Origin: an uncultured delta proteobacterium | Lineage (GTDB): Bacteria > Desulfobacterota > Binatia > UBA9968 | Assembly (NCBI GenBank): GCA_963745035.1 | Contig: CAVUVW010000015.1 | Coordinates: 160,001 to 224,000, forward strand | DNA: 64,000 bases | Direction: 5' to 3' | Shown here: piece by piece, positions 60,788 to 64,000 of the stretch | Layout: each line of letters starts with the position of its first letter | Numbering within the stretch: the stretch's first letter is position 1 | The notes under the pieces: model-generated | Told to the model about the DNA's origin: nothing | The model's database searches: none | The model's input: only the letters and a program-made list of their open reading frames with translations | Position numbers and translations under genes: made by a program

Positions 60788-62755
60788 CTATTCCATCGAA
60801 CCGACGCGCAAGATCACGCGCGCCGGCGGTTTGACGAGCTTGATGAATGGAATCGGATCGTCGAGAATTTTCACCGGTTCGATTTTCACCGGCGGCGACG
60901 CGCTCAAGCCTTGCACCCAGTGGTATTTCAAAACCACTTCGTCGCCGGCGAGATCCGACAGCTCCAGGCGATTCCATCCGGCATCGACCTTGCCCTCGCC
61001 TTTCACAAACCAGCTCAGAGGTTGCCGGACTTTCATCAAATGCACCAGACCGATCCGCTGCTCGAGCGTGACCAGATCTCCCGCCGCTTGCAGCCGTCTG
61101 ATCGACGCCGGATGAAAGGCGACGATCGCGCCGATATTGTAGAGACGCAGATAGTTTCGCAACTCGCCATCGGAGAGTGTCTGGATATTTTTCTTGAAAA
61201 TCCTGCCGGAATGAAACTCGGCGAAGTGGTGGCGATCGTTATAGAGATTGATCGGCCCGCCGATGAATTGCCGTCCGGTCAGCTGAGGCAAGAGAGATGA
61301 CAGATAAACGCCGTCGTAGACAAAGCCGGTTTCGTCCCCGGATTCCTCGAACAGGACCCGGGCGTCAGCCGCTGTTTCCCGCGCGATCCAATCGACCACG
61401 GCAGTGATCTGAGGATTGAGCCGCGTGCGTAGTTGCAGCTTGCCTGTCGATTCGGTTTGCACGACGTTCACCAGAAAAGTTATGAGCCCGCAGCCGAGGA
61501 GAACCGGCACGAGCTTCGACGGCGCGGCGCGGCGAGAGCCCAACCAGGAAGCGGCGGCATGGGCGGCGCCGAGCGCGAGAAACAGATCCAGCGCAACTTT
61601 GAAGCGCAGCGGCTGCCAGGATTTCACCCCCGGCACAAGACCACCGAAGTACGTGAGGATGAACAGGCCGCCAACGGCGCTGGCCAGAAGAACGCCGGCA
61701 CTGCGGTCGCCGTTCTGCATCAGGCGCCTGATGCCGAGCACACCCAGCGCCAGCAGCGCAAGCCGAAGGCCCTTCTCGAAAAGCGGCGCGCGAAACGTCC
61801 AAAAACCTTGCGGCCCGAGATAGTCGAGAAAAAATGTAAACGGGTTGTCGCCGGCGAAAAGCGGGAGCTGCTCGACGATCGCCGCTGAAATGTCGTCGCC
61901 GCGGTGTTCCAGCGCCGGCGCAAGCCACATCAGATTGCTCAGAACCGCAACCAGCAAAGCCGCCGCGCCCCATGAAAATAACCGCACGGATAGAAGCTGC
62001 GGCGCGAACGCCAGCAGGGCGACGATCGGCGGCAAAAAAATAACCGCAGATTGGACGTGCAACGGCAGAATGACCGCGGCAAAAAGCAGGCAACCGATAT
62101 GAACCCAACCGAAAGATTCACCGTGCGCCGCGAGTCGATAGAAAAGCGAGACGCCCAGAACGCTCAGATAAGCGGCCGCCGGAAAGCCGATCATGCCGTA
62201 GAAAAACATCTCGCGCGGGAGAGAATTCCACCAGTATACCGTCGCCAGAAAGGCCGCGGTCAAGGCGATGAGGTTTTTACGACCGTCGGCGAAAAAAAAA
62301 ATGCGCGCCGTAAAGTAGCCGAGCCACGGCACGCTCGCCATCACCAGAAACGCGGAAATCTTGAACCACTGAAGCAGCGTCGGCGCCAAGGCCGATAGTC
62401 CCAGCGCCGCAAACTCAAAAAACTTGATACTCAGATCCTGGATCGTGTTCGACGGGTAGCCGGCCATGAAAAAAGGGTTGTAGCCCCAAACCAAACGATC
62501 CTGCCGCCAGAAAGCTTCCAGCGCCGCGAGATGATGAAAGTGCAAACCCCAGTCCTGCTCGATGATCGGTTGGGTGTCAAAGATGCCGGTCCACGGCGCG
62601 AACAGAGAAGCGAGACCCAAGACGTGGACCAAGAAGATCGCGCCGGTGATATAGAGCGATTTTTCACCCAACCAGTGAGTCCGATTTTGCGGTTCCAGCT
62701 CAACGCGCGCCGGCGCGCCGCGTCTCGCCGTCTTTCTTCGAGGCTTGCTTGTCAT
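60788..62755 (-). CDS. polytopic membrane protein, probable GT-C fold glycosyltransferase
   Basis: First loop QDWGLH...WGYNPFFMAGYP, many TM segments, QPLRF and a C-terminal periplasmic domain with LKYHW. Confidence 0.65.
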   Translation of the reverse strand: MTSKPRRKTARRGAPARVELEPQNRTHWLGEKSLYITGAIFLVHVLGLASLFAPWTGIFDTQPIIEQDWGLHFHHLAALEAFWRQDRLVWGYNPFFMAGYPSNTIQDLSIKFFEFAALGLSALAPTLLQWFKISAFLVMASVPWLGYFTARIFFFADGRKNLIALTAAFLATVYWWNSLPREMFFYGMIGFPAAAYLSVLGVSLFYRLAAHGESFGWVHIGCLLFAAVILPLHVQSAVIFLPPIVALLAFAPQLLSVRLFSWGAAALLVAVLSNLMWLAPALEHRGDDISAAIVEQLPLFAGDNPFTFFLDYLGPQGFWTFRAPLFEKGLRLALLALGVLGIRRLMQNGDRSAGVLLASAVGGLFILTYFGGLVPGVKSWQPLRFKVALDLFLALGAAHAAASWLGSRRAAPSKLVPVLLGCGLITFLVNVVQTESTGKLQLRTRLNPQITAVVDWIARETAADARVLFEESGDETGFVYDGVYLSSLLPQLTGRQFIGGPINLYNDRHHFAEFHSGRIFKKNIQTLSDGELRNYLRLYNIGAIVAFHPASIRRLQAAGDLVTLEQRIGLVHLMKVRQPLSWFVKGEGKVDAGWNRLELSDLAGDEVVLKYHWVQGLSASPPVKIEPVKILDDPIPFIKLVKPPARVILRVGSME

Positions 62756-62931
62756 GTTCTACATGAATAAGCTTGGCAGCGGATCGCTGCCGGTCGCGTC
62801 AAGATTTTAATGGCAATGGCTTGCTCCTGCCCCGCGCCATCTTCCCCAAGTCTGCAACGGCGGATCACGCACCGTTTTCTAATGAGGCCGCCCTCTTGAC
62901 CTTCAGTTCGCTACTGCGATATAGGGCAGCG

Positions 62932-63123
62932 ATGCCGATCCAGTTCATCCTTCCCAAGAAATTCACCCGCGCCGAGATCGAATGGCGCATGGACGAGCTG
63001 GCGCTCCAGTTTCAGGGCACGCAGGACAAAAGAATCATCGCGCAGATCGCGGCGCTGAACCGCGTGCTGACCAAGATGGATGCGCAGCGCTCAGCCGCGA
63101 ATCTCCCCAAGAATCGGCAGTAG
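62932..63123 (+). CDS. small hypothetical helical protein (63 aa)
   Basis: ATG with host-like codon usage; amphipathic helix RMDELALQF. Confidence 0.55.
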   Translation: MPIQFILPKKFTRAEIEWRMDELALQFQGTQDKRIIAQIAALNRVLTKMDAQRSAANLPKNRQ

Positions 63124-63173
63124 CCAACCCATTAACCGTCAATCTACTTTTGGTGCGTCTAGCCTCGCCTTGT

Positions 63174-64000
63174 TCACGCCGTGAGAAGCTTGGCGATTTT
63201 TCTTGCGTCGTCGAGCTTCTCGAGGTTGAGCAACGTATCTTCCAAACGCTCCACGCGGGAGCGCGATAGGACGCGGGACGCAAGCAGGCGGAATTTTTGC
63301 AACACCTCATCGCGCGTCATGGGATGCTTGTCGCTGCCCTTGGCATGGAGCACCTTCTCGCTGAAGCTCCGGCCGTCTTGCAGCTGGACTTCCAGGTTGA
63401 CGCCATGACGCCCTTCGTCGCCGAGCGTTTCGAATTGGGAGTCCTCGAACACTTCGATGGCTTTAGTTGTTTTCACCACCGCTTCATTGCGAATGGACTT
63501 CTCGGTGATCTGATTGACGAAAAAGTCACGATCGTGCAGCAAAACCGCCACACAGAACTTTAGATTCATCTGCGCCGTTGTCATGCTCTTGGGCTCGTAG
63601 GGCCAGCCGACGTGGAGCTTGGTGGCCCGTGTGGCGCCGATGCGGATCTTGCTCACATTCTCCACTCGCACCTCCGGGTGCTCGTGAAGAATTTTCTTGA
63701 GCGCATCGATGGAGGTGTGATTGCTGCCGCAGCACGGATAGGGTTTGCAGCCGACGTTGAGCGTCTCGAAACGTTCGCCGAGCCCTCGGGTCAGATGCGT
63801 CAGATTCGGATTGTCGCAGAAGGTCGAGCAAAAGCCGCCGTAGGGAGCTTCGAGGATATCCTCGATCCCGGTAAATCCCTTGGCCGCGAGCAGCGCGCCA
63901 TAGACCCCCGCCTGAGCGGAGCGGCCGGGGTGCATACGCTTCACCATCGAGGCGTGTTGCGCGGCCATCAGCCCTGCCGCTTGAGTGCCGGCGATGCCCA
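63174..64000 (-). CDS. MmgE/PrpD family protein, 5' end outside the window
   Basis: KRMHPGRSA, A.GFTG...LE...GGF, KPYPCC and G....PM.....KF. Confidence 0.93.
   Translation of the reverse strand, partial: GIAGTQAAGLMAAQHASMVKRMHPGRSAQAGVYGALLAAKGFTGIEDILEAPYGGFCSTFCDNPNLTHLTRGLGERFETLNVGCKPYPCCGSNHTSIDALKKILHEHPEVRVENVSKIRIGATRATKLHVGWPYEPKSMTTAQMNLKFCVAVLLHDRDFFVNQITEKSIRNEAVVKTTKAIEVFEDSQFETLGDEGRHGVNLEVQLQDGRSFSEKVLHAKGSDKHPMTRDEVLQKFRLLASRVLSRSRVERLEDTLLNLEKLDDARKIAKLLTA

Overview
A GC-rich bacterial chromosome segment. Gene content (futalosine-type mqnL/mqnP, trmFO-topA-dprA, many TPR lipoproteins, NMT1-type binding protein) suggests a deltaproteobacterial/Binatia-like organism; this is inference. 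Housekeeping blocks: tRNA-Ala(GGC), recN-nadK, ilvE, HU, ppx-trmFO-topA-dprA, der-era and greA. Other blocks: a MoxR/DUF58/VWA cluster, a phosphonate-type ABC system split by a patatin gene, an oligopeptide ABC system split by a hydrolase islet, and GT-C glycosyltransferase-like genes. At least seven genes, including the normally essential der and topA, carry single +1 frameshifts. These most likely are sequencing/assembly indels. Best candidates for new biology: (1) a ~200-290 nt multibranched RNA-like structure with its own promoter in front of the detached phnE; (2) a promoter-terminator leader in front of greA; (3) dispersed 7/8/9-mer tandem-repeat elements, several palindromic and some read in frame into proteins; (4) genes collapsed by internal deletion; (5) an in-frame TrmFO-Ppx fusion. 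I saw no CRISPR array, rRNA, integrase or transposase. All calls were made by eye, without database searches.
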